From Balanoglossus misakiensis (lineage: Eukaryota > Animalia > Hemichordata), in the NCBI GenBank assembly GCA_040954595.2, contig JBECUI020000027.1, forward strand, positions 1 to 64,000: a DNA stretch of 64,000 nucleotides, in the 5' to 3' direction. Every line of letters begins with the position of its first letter. Positions within the stretch are counted from its first letter, which is position 1. The notes under the pieces are model-generated. The model was not told the origin of the DNA. It made no database searches and saw only the letters and a list, made by a program, of their open reading frames with translations. This document shows, piece after piece, positions 51,149 through 62,452 of this stretch. The position numbers and the translations under genes are program-made.

Positions 51149-52876
51149 GTGTATTTTATGAGAATAAATTTTGATTATAACTTACTAAGGAGAAATACTT
51201 TAAATATATTGTTGGGTATATTACTTCTATGGTTTATTATTGCCTTTCTTATTCTCCCCAATTTGACTATTGTGGTTTCTAGCTTTAAATCAGAGGGGGG
51301 ATTATCTTTAAAACTTATTAAGAAACTTATTGACTCGCCCATATCTGTAGATGGATTGAAAAACAGTTTTATCTTAGCGATAGCTATGTCAATTACTACC
51401 AATATCGTTGGTATTTTTATAGTATTAGTTACCGAATACTTTGATGTGAAGGGTGCAAAAATTCTAAAAATTGGTTTTATGACAACATTCATCTACGGTG
51501 GAATTATTCTTGTATCTAGTTATCAAATGATTTATGGGCAGAGAGGAATAATAACACGACTATTAAGTGGGATCTTCCCAAATATGAATCCTACGTGGTT
51601 TAGAGGATTTCTGCCTGTGCTATTTGTGATGACAGTTGCGACAACAACTTCACATATGATGTTTTTGAGTCATGCCGTAAGATCTATTGATAACTCCACA
51701 ATCGAGGCGGCCAAGAATATGGGTGCATCACAGTTTTACACAATAAGAAGAGTATTAATCCCTATTGTATTACCTACAATTTATGCCGTAACAATTTTAC
51801 AATTTCTTTCTGGATTAAGTGCCTTTGCTGCACCTCTGATTATTGGAGGGAAAGACTTCCGAACAATTGCACCGTTGATTTTGCAATTGAATAGCATACC
51901 GGGATCAAGAGGACTTGCAATTATTTTATCGTTGATTTTAGGTTTAGTGACAATTTTATTGTTACTAGTGTTTACGAAATTAGAGAAGGGCGGAATATAT
52001 TTTTCAATCTCAAAAACGAAGGCAGATTATGTAAAACAGAGTATTAACAATAAAGCGATAAACGCCATTGTGCATATCTTAGCTTATATATTATTTTTTA
52101 TATATATCTTGCCGGTAATTCTTATTGTACTTTTTTCTTTTACTAATTCTACTGCAATTTACGAGACGAGATTTACCCTTTCATCCTTTACCTTGGATAA
52201 TTATAGAGCGGTATTTAGTAACATCGACAAAGTATCACCCTTTATAAATAGCATTAACTTTTCAATTCAGGCTGCAATCGGAGTTATCGTAGTTGTGCTA
52301 CTAGGCGTTAATCTGCAACGTAAGTACGATAATATATTTACAAAATTTATTGAGTATGCGTTCTTGATTCCTTGGATGATCCCTTCTATTATAATTGCCT
52401 TAGGTTTATTATCAACTTACGATCTACCACAATTTATAATCGGAAATAGGGTATTAATTGGAACAATTACAATTTTGATTATTGCCTATATTGTCTCTAG
52501 GATCCCTATAACATCAAGATTATTAAAAGCGGCATTTAAATCCGTTGATAGCAATTATGAACAAGCAGCTCGGGCACTTGGAGCCAGTAGCTTCTATTCG
52601 TTCAGAAGGATTGTGTTCCCTATAATTTTCCCCACTGTCATAGCTCTTGTTGTGCTTTCATTTAATGCATTACTAACAGATTATAACATTTCAGTGTTTT
52701 TATCTCATCCATTGAAGGAGACCTTAGGGCTTATGATAAGAAGATATACCTCAATAAGAGCGGATGGAGACTCACAAGCACTTATTTATGTTTATTCTAC
52801 AGTGGTAATGTTTATAGCTGCGTCCGCAGTTTATTTAGTTTATGGAGTTTTATTAAAGGTTAAGGATAGTAAATAA
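51149..52876 (+). CDS. ABC permease, fused two-domain (FbpB/AfuB-like)
   Basis: Two EAA loops (EAAKNMGA, EQAARALGA), about 575 aa. Confidence 0.9.
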   Translation: MYFMRINFDYNLLRRNTLNILLGILLLWFIIAFLILPNLTIVVSSFKSEGGLSLKLIKKLIDSPISVDGLKNSFILAIAMSITTNIVGIFIVLVTEYFDVKGAKILKIGFMTTFIYGGIILVSSYQMIYGQRGIITRLLSGIFPNMNPTWFRGFLPVLFVMTVATTTSHMMFLSHAVRSIDNSTIEAAKNMGASQFYTIRRVLIPIVLPTIYAVTILQFLSGLSAFAAPLIIGGKDFRTIAPLILQLNSIPGSRGLAIILSLILGLVTILLLLVFTKLEKGGIYFSISKTKADYVKQSINNKAINAIVHILAYILFFIYILPVILIVLFSFTNSTAIYETRFTLSSFTLDNYRAVFSNIDKVSPFINSINFSIQAAIGVIVVVLLGVNLQRKYDNIFTKFIEYAFLIPWMIPSIIIALGLLSTYDLPQFIIGNRVLIGTITILIIAYIVSRIPITSRLLKAAFKSVDSNYEQAARALGASSFYSFRRIVFPIIFPTVIALVVLSFNALLTDYNISVFLSHPLKETLGLMIRRYTSIRADGDSQALIYVYSTVVMFIAASAVYLVYGVLLKVKDSK

Positions 52877-52971
52877 AATCAACCTCTATTATGTTTGTTT
52901 TTTATTAAGCCTTATAACAGCCATATCAAGTTCTGGTAGATATGGAATGATTTCTAAATAGTCAAAACGAA

Positions 52972-53850
52972 ATGGAGAGTATGACTTTGAACTACAGGAG
53001 CATTTTAGATAAGAAATTAAAGAATAATCAAGTTCTTATTGCTAGTCATCAAGGCTCTGCAGGAGGCAATATTGTCTACAATACATATGAGGCAATGTTA
53101 AATGCGATCAACCAGGGGGCACATGTCGTTGAGTTTGATATATCTCGATCTAGTGATAAAGTTTTTCATGTATTTCATGAGAATGAAGAACCCATTAGAT
53201 TTAACAAAAATAATCAATTCCGTACATTTACAGTAGAACAAATCGAAGAACAGACTTTATTAAATATGAACATGCAAAAGGTTCAATCTCCTCCAACTCT
53301 CAAAGAGTTTATGATGTGCATGAAAAAACATCCGGAAGTTTTATTGCATTTTGATCATGCTCAAAAATGGGGCAAGGATTTGCTTGAAGAACTTGATCAA
53401 TACAAGAATCAAAGAAAAACAATTATTATTAAAACTGATGCGGACTCAAAATCTTTTCATGAAGCACTAGCACTTCATGAAATCAAGTATATGACATTAC
53501 TAAAAGTATGGAATCAAGATGATTTTGATAAGATTTTGCATTTTAGCAGTAATATAAATATCGTAGGATTTGAAATGATTTTTAATAATGCCCAAGCTGC
53601 TTATGTGTCAAAGAATAATTTAAACAACCTACGAAACAAGGGATATCATACTATGGTCAATGCTCTTGTATTGTGGAACGACCGCCCTTCTATATCTGGG
53701 GGATTTGATGACGATGTTTCATTGTTAAAGGATCCTGAAAAAGGATGGGGAATTTTACTTAGCATGGGATTTGATATTATCCAGACTGATTGGCCTTTAC
53801 ATTTGAAAACTTATCTTGAAAAAAAGGGAGTCATTCTGAATTATGAATAA
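52972..53850 (+). CDS. Glycerophosphodiester phosphodiesterase family protein
   Basis: ASHQG, VEFDI..SSD, GFDIIQTDWP. Confidence 0.82.
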   Translation: MESMTLNYRSILDKKLKNNQVLIASHQGSAGGNIVYNTYEAMLNAINQGAHVVEFDISRSSDKVFHVFHENEEPIRFNKNNQFRTFTVEQIEEQTLLNMNMQKVQSPPTLKEFMMCMKKHPEVLLHFDHAQKWGKDLLEELDQYKNQRKTIIIKTDADSKSFHEALALHEIKYMTLLKVWNQDDFDKILHFSSNINIVGFEMIFNNAQAAYVSKNNLNNLRNKGYHTMVNALVLWNDRPSISGGFDDDVSLLKDPEKGWGILLSMGFDIIQTDWPLHLKTYLEKKGVILNYE

Positions 53851-54562
53851 TAAACCTAACATTTCTCGATACGATTACGCTCTAGAAATTATATCGCTCT
53901 GTAAAAAAGTTATTAGCAATGAGGTTATTTTAGAGATCGATTCAAAGGCAAATGATAAGGATTTAGTAACTAATATAGATAAGTCGTTAAATACTCTGAT
54001 AGTTGAGAAAATATCATGCAGATATGATGATAACATTATCGGCGAAGAAGCATTAAAAACAGGGGATTTAGCGAATAATTGGTATATCGATCCTATTGAT
54101 GGTACAACAAATTTTATCTACAGAAAAAGAGATTACGCAGTATCGATAGCCTATGAAGGTGAAGAAGGGAGATTTGGCTTAGTATATGATGGCGAAGCTG
54201 ATAAGTTATATCATGCCAATAATGAATTAGGCGTTTTTATCAATGGTAAACCATTTGTAAGGCCGATGACTCCCGAGTATGGTATTATTCATATTTCACA
54301 GCATGATTTAGTTGAGAAAAAAATATTTGATTTTGCATCTAAGTTCAAAGGTATAAGAGATTTAGGAGTTTGTTCAATTGAAGTCATAAAGGTTGTGCTT
54401 GGTGAAGCAAGTTGCTTCTATAGAACTAATCAAGAAGTCTGGGATTATAAAGCGGCAAATATATTTGCAGAGTTATCAGGTGTCGACGTGAAAGTATTTG
54501 ACGATAAAACAATAGTCGTGGGTACGGCTCCCAGCATCCTGAGTGGTTTGATAGAGGTATAA
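53843..54562 (+). CDS. Inositol monophosphatase family protein
   Basis: DLVTNID, IIGEE, WYIDPIDGTTNF, VWDYKAA. Confidence 0.9.
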   Translation: MNNKPNISRYDYALEIISLCKKVISNEVILEIDSKANDKDLVTNIDKSLNTLIVEKISCRYDDNIIGEEALKTGDLANNWYIDPIDGTTNFIYRKRDYAVSIAYEGEEGRFGLVYDGEADKLYHANNELGVFINGKPFVRPMTPEYGIIHISQHDLVEKKIFDFASKFKGIRDLGVCSIEVIKVVLGEASCFYRTNQEVWDYKAANIFAELSGVDVKVFDDKTIVVGTAPSILSGLIEV

Positions 54563-55220
54563 AGAAAAACCTTGTTTAGACTAAAAATGCAGATTGGGCC
54601 CAGGTCAATGTGAATCAATCAAGTTGCTTACAGCAAAGTTCCGACACTGAAAGAGCGCTCAAATGAATATCGGTATCAGCCTTAGAAAACCTTCACTCAC
54701 TTTAATCGATAGTATAGGGAAGAAGTCAAGAGAAAAAAAACATTTTAAAGTTGCTTATATTAGATCTATTCTGGGATTCTCTTGGCGAGAAAGATATTGA
54801 AATGGGCTGGAAGAGCGCATCATAAATATGGAGATTAATCTACTTCGAGATTTTTATTATTCCAGTGACTTACAATAGCTTTTCTGTGATAAAGCCTATT
54901 CTAAAGAAATGTTAGTTTGAATAGAAAATTTACCTTTGTAAAAAAACATTAGAAAAACACTGCAATAAGCTCTGGAGTCTGAAGAAGATGCTTGATAAGG
55001 AGAACCTAAATTCCATTCTTTATGCAGAGTATTTCAATATTACTGGAAGTCCTTTTCATGAAAAATCATTATGCATGGATCTGAATAAGGCATATTTTCA
55101 CTTGAATTAGAATATGACGATTTATTTTATAGATATAAAATTTCAAAAATGACCATCTACATACGGAATCAGAATTATTAATAAATCTGTATATCACGAC
55201 CAAAATTCAGGAGTAATTTT

Positions 55221-56867
55221 ATGAGTATTTGGAATTTATCCTCTTTAATGGGGGGATTAGCACTATTTTTATTTGGAATGACGGAACTGAATAAACATTT
55301 AACTTCTATTGCTGGTGCTAAGATGAAAGCTATAATGCTGTCTTTGACCAAAGGTAAAGTTAGAGGATATCTAACAGGACTTGCTATAACGATTGTCAAT
55401 CAATCTTCATCGGCGACAACGGTTCTTGAAGTCGCCCTTGTTGGGGCTGGTCTATTGACCTTTCAGCAGAGTTTGGCTGTTACGCTTGGAGCAGAATTGG
55501 GTTCTACATTTCTTCCACAATTAGTAGCATTTCCATCAGTTACCAAGTTTTCCACTTTTATTGTTTTTATCGGTTTTATAATGCTTATTTTTCTAAAGAC
55601 CAAAAAAAACCGTCATATTGCCATGACAATTTTAACATTTGGACTACTCTTTTTAGGCATGGATATGATGTCCACTTCGTTAGAGCCATTGAGAACTTTT
55701 GAACCATTTATCCAACTAATGAGAAATGTAGAGACTCCCATTCTTGGAATCGTACTGGGACTGCTATTTACCATTATAATTCAGTCTTCCGGAGCTACCA
55801 CAGGAATCACAATTGCTATGGCTGTATCTGGCGTTATCTCTCTGGAACAGGCAATCCCAATTAATCTTGGTGCGGCAATTGGAACATGTATAACTGCCGT
55901 AATGGGAAGCATAGCCCTCAATTGGGAGGCAAAAAGAGCCGCTTATATCCATATACTATTTCAGTTGCTTGGAGCTGTTTGGGTGTTTATTCTTCTTTCT
56001 ATACCATTTCAAGGAGAACGGCTATATATCTGGGGGATTAAATGGTTTACTTCTCATGTCTTAAGAACAGAAAGTCTTGCTCGTCAAATAGCTATGGGTT
56101 TTACCTTCATGCCAATAATAAATCATATTATAGTATTTCCGAACTTGAGACACATTGTTAGGCTATTTAATAAAATATTTCCTGAACGGGAAGCAGCAAA
56201 GCCATTTGGTGTGCTATATATTAACAATAATCTCATCACTAGAAGTGTTGAGATTTCACTGATGATGACAAAAAAAGAGATCCTTCGCGTTTCAGAGTTT
56301 GTTCATGAAATGATTTTAGAGATGAAGAGTGCATTCAGAAGTAAAGACACTGCAGCTCTAAAGAAAGTTAGTGAATTGGACTCAAAAGTTGATATCCTGC
56401 ACAAAAAAATCATTACATTTTTAGCAAAACTTTCTCAAGAAGAACTAAGTGTTCAGGAATCGGAACTTTGCATGAATTATATGTATATACAGAATGAATT
56501 GGAATCAGTAGGTGATGTAATTGATAAGAATGTTATGAGTCTTGCTGCTAAAAAAATAGAAAAAAACCTTATTTTCTCTACAGATGGCTTTCATGAATTG
56601 GAACATCTTATATACAAGGTAAAAAGAAACTTTGAAAACTTGACTAAGGCATTTACAGATGATGATAAACTTCAGGCAAAATCAGTTCTGGAATCGTATA
56701 AAGAGCGTGAAGAGGAAAAATATAAAGAATTTCATATTGAAAGATTATATAAGGGGAAGGCTAAATCCATAGCTACATCCTCGGTACACCTAGATCTAAT
56801 CTCTTATTTTTCCAGGATCAATGGCCATATAGCATATATAGCAAATCGATTGGTCTCTATTCATTAA
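55221..56867 (+). CDS. Na+/Pi cotransporter family protein with PhoU-like C-terminus
   Basis: GGLALFLFGM, QSSSATT, GAELGST, QSSGAT, GAAIGTC. Confidence 0.9.
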   Translation: MSIWNLSSLMGGLALFLFGMTELNKHLTSIAGAKMKAIMLSLTKGKVRGYLTGLAITIVNQSSSATTVLEVALVGAGLLTFQQSLAVTLGAELGSTFLPQLVAFPSVTKFSTFIVFIGFIMLIFLKTKKNRHIAMTILTFGLLFLGMDMMSTSLEPLRTFEPFIQLMRNVETPILGIVLGLLFTIIIQSSGATTGITIAMAVSGVISLEQAIPINLGAAIGTCITAVMGSIALNWEAKRAAYIHILFQLLGAVWVFILLSIPFQGERLYIWGIKWFTSHVLRTESLARQIAMGFTFMPIINHIIVFPNLRHIVRLFNKIFPEREAAKPFGVLYINNNLITRSVEISLMMTKKEILRVSEFVHEMILEMKSAFRSKDTAALKKVSELDSKVDILHKKIITFLAKLSQEELSVQESELCMNYMYIQNELESVGDVIDKNVMSLAAKKIEKNLIFSTDGFHELEHLIYKVKRNFENLTKAFTDDDKLQAKSVLESYKEREEEKYKEFHIERLYKGKAKSIATSSVHLDLISYFSRINGHIAYIANRLVSIH

Positions 56868-56894
56868 ACTGACTCTGTAATATTGAGTGATATT

Positions 56895-57053
56895 GCCAAA
56901 CCCGGACCAGATATGCCGAACCAAGTGGAACAGCAAGCGATACCTGAAGGTGGAAGTTGCCCAGGGAGTTGGAACAGGAAGGGAAAGAAGCACATTGAGG
57001 ATAGGTTGATTTTTTGGAGGACAAAGAATGTGCGAAATATATTTGACCCTACC
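56895..57053 (+). mobile_element. IS256-family right-end remnant
   Basis: TKWNSKRYLKV transposase C-terminus; IR AATGTGCGAAATATATTTGACCCTACC, loosely complementary to the left IR at 22175. Confidence 0.65.
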
Positions 57054-58318
57054 TTATCAATGATGGGATGAAGGTTACCAAGGGCGGAAAGAACAAGCAA
57101 AGAAAAAGCACAAGCATCATCATTCCCACAAAAGGCCAAATTATCTTACTTGCTTTTGATACCTTGATATCAGCTATATTGCAGCAGATATACAGAAGTA
57201 TGCCGACCGGAGGAGTTACAGATCCAATCAGAATCGCCATATTGAAAATGACTCCGAAATGGACTAAGTCCAGCCCAAGGCCGCTGACTACCGGTATGAA
57301 AATCGGAGCAAATATTATCAATACCGGGATTCCTTCCACAAAAAGTCCGAGAAGAAGAATGAAGACGATTATGAAAAACTCCACGAATAATGGAGATAAC
57401 TCAAAGGATAGGAGCAAGGTTCTGACCATCATTGGGAATTGCTCAATCGCAAGAATACGACCGAAGATCGAGGCTGATGCAATAACTATCAGGCAAACAG
57501 ACGTCAATACTGCCGAATTGATGAAAATTTTTGGCAGTCTCTGATGGCAATGGTTTTATATATGAACAGGCTAACAACGAGTGCATAAACCGTAGCAATT
57601 ACTCCTGCCTCCGTTGCGGTGAAGATACCGGAAAGTACTCCGCCGATAATGATGAATGGCATAACCATAGCTACAACAGCGCTTTTGAGATTTTTCAATA
57701 CATTCTGAATCGAAAATTTCTCACCAGCGCCATAACCCTTTCTAACGGATATGATATAGGCCATTATCATCAGTGCCACACCGACCGAAAAACCAGGAAT
57801 AAATCCGCCTAAAAACAATTTCCCGATAGAAACATTCGCGATAACACCGTACATAACCATCATGATGCTTGGCGGTATAATCGGACCAATCGTCGATGAT
57901 GTCGCGGTAACCGCTACACTGAACTCTTTACTGTATCCGTCCTCTTCCATCATCGGTATCAGCATGGAACCCAGTGCGGAGGCATCGGCAGTGGCGGAGC
58001 CGATATTCCGGCAAAAAACATACTCGCTACAATATTGACGTGGGCTAGACCGCCTTTGATGAAGCCGACAATCGATCTTGAAATTCACGATCCTCTTGGT
58101 TATTCCACCGTTGTTCATCAACTCGCCTGCAAGTATAAAAAAGGAATTGCCATAAGGGGAAACGAATCAACAGCGGCAAACATGTTTGAAACGATAATGA
58201 GTGCGGGCTTTCCCATTACTAAAAGTGAGACAAGTGAGGCAATACCCATGGCAAAAGCAACAGGTACTTGAATGAAAATCAAGATAATAAATACTGAAAA
58301 CAGTATGTAGAGAGTCAT
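57049..58318 (-). pseudogene. dctM: TRAP transporter large permease (several frameshifts, possibly sequencing errors)
   Basis: SFPLMAIPF, GSATADASALG, IIPPSI, FTATEAG, TPPVG spread over several frames. Confidence 0.85.
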
Positions 58319-58812
58319 TGTGGTTTCGCTTCTTCAGATCTGATTCGTTTCTTTCTGTGTATGACATTGAAAAGGCTTTCCAATGTATAGATGAACATCA
58401 TTGAAAAACCGACTGGTATTGCTAAAAAGACATAGCCCATTGTGATTCTTACAGCAGGTGATTTCTGGGTCATATTACTTTGAATAAGTGCTACACTCGA
58501 TACCACGACTATCGCCATGAATAATAGCAACAGTACAGAAACAAACATTCCTAAAAATATCTCTTTCTATCAGACAGAAGAGCCGTAAAAATAGTCGACA
58601 CCGATGTGTGCACCCCGTTTCGTTGCTATTGAGGCACCAATGAACACAACCCAAATAAACGCATACCTGGAGACTTCTTCACTCCAGAAAAGTGGACTAC
58701 CTATCACGTAACGAAACAACACTTGCATAAAGATCGAAACGACCATGATGCTGGTGGCGAGAGTCAGCAAGGTATAAGCCACAATGTCGATAACAGGTAT
58801 TAATTTACTCAT
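58315..58812 (-). pseudogene. dctQ: TRAP transporter small permease (frameshifted)
   Basis: QVLFRYV...WSEEVSRYAFIW...HIGVD; C-terminal half in another frame. Confidence 0.82.
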
Positions 58813-58960
58813 GTCTTATCCTACCTCAGGAATCCCGAAAGCCGTATAACTGTGATATCAAGGAATGGCCGGCATACTCCTGATTCGGAGTGTGCCGGCT
58901 GCGGGATCTATTTAATAAGATTCATAATTTCCGGACCGATTTCGGACCGATATTGTTCCA

Positions 58961-59902
58961 TTACAGGCGCACAGCTTCTGTGAACGCAGCTTTATCGACA
59001 GTATTGATCTTCATGCCCATGGCCTCGAGTTCTTTGAGAAACTCCGCCTGAGCTTCTCTATCTCGTGCCATTTCCATTTCCTGAAGCTTCTTGCCAGCTT
59101 CGATCAGATATTCCTGAAGATCCACAGGGAAGTGTTTCGTAGACTTTCTTGCTGATGGCCCCACAACTCCCGGCGGAGCAAAGTGCTCGGTCATCGAATA
59201 GTATTGAGTTACCTCGAAGAACTTGTCATTGAGCACGTTTCCAGGGGCGTTTTCCGCACCATCCATCACTCTTTGATTAATGGCTGTATACAATTCGGAA
59301 TAGGCCATAGGAGTTGCGGAAGCTCCCATCGCATTGAGCGTGGAAACCATCAGGGGGCTTTCCATAACTCGGATCTTCAGACCATTGAGATCGTCCGGTG
59401 TGTAGATAGGACGCTCAGAGTTAAATACGCTCCGGAAACCATTGGTAAACCAGGCCAAGCCAATGATTCCTTCCTTTTCCAGGCGATCAAATAGAGCCTG
59501 ACCGAGCTCACCATTTAGAGACTCTTCAATCTGATCAAAACTCTGGAAGACATAAGGAAGACCAACAACCATGAACTGAGGGATGAAGCCACTTATCGGA
59601 CCGGTAGACGTCTGACACATATCCACAGTCCCCAGTTTCATACCTTCAATGTATTCCCGTTCCCCACCCAGCTGGGCACTATCGAAAACAGTCAGAATCA
59701 ATCTTCCGGCGGTTTCTTCCTTGACCATTGCCGCCCATTCTCTCATCACAACATTGTGCAGATGAGAAGGTCCGGAAATGCTGCCAATACTGAGTTCATA
59801 AACATCTTTATCGCTGCTTACGCTGCTTCCCTTAGCAAAGGCAAAGCTCGCAAGTGCAAGAAGCAACAACATAGAGACAAGGAACATTTTTCCTATTTTC
59901 AT
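58961..59902 (-). CDS. dctP: TRAP transporter solute-binding protein (3' end probably frameshifted)
   Basis: AQLGGERE, NGFR, DLNGLKIRVM, LYTAINQRVMDGAEN. Confidence 0.9.
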   Translation of the reverse strand: MKIGKMFLVSMLLLLALASFAFAKGSSVSSDKDVYELSIGSISGPSHLHNVVMREWAAMVKEETAGRLILTVFDSAQLGGEREYIEGMKLGTVDMCQTSTGPISGFIPQFMVVGLPYVFQSFDQIEESLNGELGQALFDRLEKEGIIGLAWFTNGFRSVFNSERPIYTPDDLNGLKIRVMESPLMVSTLNAMGASATPMAYSELYTAINQRVMDGAENAPGNVLNDKFFEVTQYYSMTEHFAPPGVVGPSARKSTKHFPVDLQEYLIEAGKKLQEMEMARDREAQAEFLKELEAMGMKINTVDKAAFTEAVRL

Positions 59903-60090
59903 ATAGACACTCCTATTTTTATTTGAACACTCTTATTTTTTCCATCTTGCGCAGGCAAATAATTCTCTAAGACCAATAAGCAGATGTCTGCATCGAGTCC
60001 CGACGACAATCAACCACTAAACTTGCTCAAATACCTCCATGGCACCTCCTCCTTATTGAAATTATTCTTCTGCACACATGGAAAAACTCA

Positions 60091-61239
60091 CTAAAAAATG
60101 TCATCGTAAATAATCTGATTCAATGAACGACAGCCCTTCGCTTCAACCACAACTTCCACTTCCGATCTCAGTCCTCCAAAGAAGAAACCATGAAGATCAA
60201 ATTTCACCCCCAAGACCATTCCAGGCTCAAGGAGAAAATTGGAATCTTTGTCGAGATTGGGCCATTCGACGATGTCTAGACCCACGCCATGTCCAACGGC
60301 TCGCAATCCTTGTGCATATTTCATGAACTCCTCGCGATAACCGGCTTTAGTAGATTTTTTAAGGAAGTAATCGTAAACATGTGAAGCTGGATCACCTGGT
60401 TGAATATGTTCAATAACCCCCCGCAATATTTCCAATCCAGTCTTGTAGGGTTTCTCGGCATCCCGAGGTATTTCTTCACAGAACACTGTCACCGCCGTAT
60501 CGGCGCAGTAGCAGTTCAGCAATGGATTGACATCGATAAGTACTGGCTCACTAGGCAGAATTATTTTGTCCGACGGCCGCCATGTCGGTTTCATGGTGTT
60601 GATGCCGGCCGACAAGATTGTGGCGCTTCCAATGACTCCACCAACTTTGCGGATTTCAAATTCTGCAACAGCAGCCAGCTCTGTCTCCGATATTGGGCCC
60701 TGAGACAACCGTTTGATTGCGGCTCTGAGAGAGGTGTCAGCTAGCCTGCCAGCGTTTTCCATTAGCTGAATTTCTGCCGGACTTTTAATAACTCTCATAG
60801 AATTTACAATGTCATCGGATTGGACAAAGTTGCTGCTATCGACTAAAGGTTCCAGTCGCTTGCCATACTTCATCGGAAGCAGAGACTCACCGACGAGACC
60901 GGTCTTCAGCCTTCTCCCCAAACTTTTCTTTTTTTCGGCAAAGAAGTCATGTAGGGTTTCAATGGACCGGATATCAGAAATCCAAGAGATATCTTCGGCA
61001 ACCTTGGCGTTTATTTTACCTAGAAAAAGAGTGGCTTCTCCAACCCGAGGAATGAAAACACCCTGTGGCGATTCTTCAATAACATTGACCGGGAAATAGT
61101 CTGAAAAATAACTTGTATATCCAGGACGATACTCGTCCGAGAAGACTAAAAGAACGTCTAGTCCCCGCTCTTCAAGTATGCTCTGAACGTGAGTAACTCT
61201 TTTTCGAAATGCTAATTCTGGCAGTCCTGAAAAACCCAT
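60091..61239 (-). CDS. M24 (Xaa-Pro peptidase/creatinase fold) family hydrolase
   Basis: Creatinase-like N-domain, MRVIKSPAEI, LIDV, ADTAVT, GHGVGL, LEPGMV. Confidence 0.88.
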   Translation of the reverse strand: MGFSGLPELAFRKRVTHVQSILEERGLDVLLVFSDEYRPGYTSYFSDYFPVNVIEESPQGVFIPRVGEATLFLGKINAKVAEDISWISDIRSIETLHDFFAEKKKSLGRRLKTGLVGESLLPMKYGKRLEPLVDSSNFVQSDDIVNSMRVIKSPAEIQLMENAGRLADTSLRAAIKRLSQGPISETELAAVAEFEIRKVGGVIGSATILSAGINTMKPTWRPSDKIILPSEPVLIDVNPLLNCYCADTAVTVFCEEIPRDAEKPYKTGLEILRGVIEHIQPGDPASHVYDYFLKKSTKAGYREEFMKYAQGLRAVGHGVGLDIVEWPNLDKDSNFLLEPGMVLGVKFDLHGFFFGGLRSEVEVVVEAKGCRSLNQIIYDDIF

Positions 61240-61910
61240 CTACCTACTCCCAATTTGCTGGTATTTTGCGAAGAAAATTCCTTCACAACTCTCTCATAGT
61301 GTTGTCGAATGAGCTTTGATAGAGTCTGAATGTCTTTAGATTCAAGATTCTCTACAATTTGTCTATGCTCGCTTATATCAACTTCTCTGATACCAAAGGA
61401 TGACTCGACGAGATTTAAATACCTGTTACTCAAATCCAAGAGGTTATCCAGCATATCCGGTAGATGAGTAATCCCCGAGGTTTCGACAAGACCTCTGTGG
61501 AACAATTTGTTCAGAGACCGAAATTTTTCCATTAGTTCATCATCATCCTGACCCATGGATTGCTGAATTTCCCGCATCTCATCTGTCAGCTTGTAGAGAT
61601 CAGCTATGTTCGACTCCGTAATATTCTTCACTACTATAGGGAGTGCCTGGATGGTTAGCATTTCTCTAAGGAGCATTAAGTCTTCAAGCTCCTTGAGGCT
61701 CATGGGAGAGACGCTGTAGCCCTGATGCGGTATTTTGTGGACAAAACCTTCTTTTTCCAGTCGATTCAATGCTTCCCTGATGGGCATGACGCTTAGGTCG
61801 AGTTTGTCGGTCAGAATATTCAGGACTAGACGCTGATTCGGGCCCCACTCCCCTGCGAGAAGTAGCTTCTTCAGCTCTTCGTATGCAAACTCTGCCTTTG
61901 TTTTAATCAT
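61212..61910 (-). CDS. GntR (FCD) family regulator
   Basis: AYEELKKLLLAGEWGPNQRL, LSVMPIREALNRLEKEG, NKLFH, EHRQIV. Confidence 0.92.
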   Translation of the reverse strand: MIKTKAEFAYEELKKLLLAGEWGPNQRLVLNILTDKLDLSVMPIREALNRLEKEGFVHKIPHQGYSVSPMSLKELEDLMLLREMLTIQALPIVVKNITESNIADLYKLTDEMREIQQSMGQDDDELMEKFRSLNKLFHRGLVETSGITHLPDMLDNLLDLSNRYLNLVESSFGIREVDISEHRQIVENLESKDIQTLSKLIRQHYERVVKEFSSQNTSKLGVGRWVFQDCQN

Positions 61911-61970
61911 ATTACCATCTCTTGATATGCGATTAGGACATCATGGCATGAAAGGACTAGACCGTCAAGG

Positions 61971-62001
61971 ATTTTATCAAATATTTTATCAAATATTTGA
62001 T
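61971..62001. promoter_or_regulatory. Candidate GntR operator
   Basis: ATTTTATCAAAT direct repeat overlapping the palindrome ATCAAATATTTGAT, upstream of gntR. Confidence 0.5.
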
Positions 62002-62452
62002 CCTTGGCCCATTGGCCCTCAGGTTCAGCGCTAAGCGCCTGCCGTAGCTTTTTGCTTCTAGGATGATTTCAGGCCGTGGTGTAGCTTCACAGGAAGGGAT
62101 CTTCATGCGCTTTTCTTGGACCGAGATTGCTGGCGCCAGTATTGACATCTTGTGGTTTTTAGTTGGGTTGATTATTGGGATTTGAATAGTGGGATAGATT
62201 CTACATTCGGGGAAGACTCTGCCCGCACTATGGAGATCAACTACCTGCCTCTGTTCGTATATCATATTCATGAATGATAATGAGCTCATGGCAATGCGGT
62301 CGGCATCAAATGAGTTCCTGCGCAAGGTCTTCCTACTTAAAATTCCATGGGTTGACGAATATTCTAGAAGGCAAGCAGTCTCAGGGGGATGCCTAGATCC
62401 AATACAAAGAAGCGTGAACCAATGGCTCTAATCACGTGCGGAACTCAAACCA

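Noticed and set aside
54563-55220. Possible gene or ncRNA in the long intergenic gap
   Set aside because: Only short unrecognisable frames and no convincing structure
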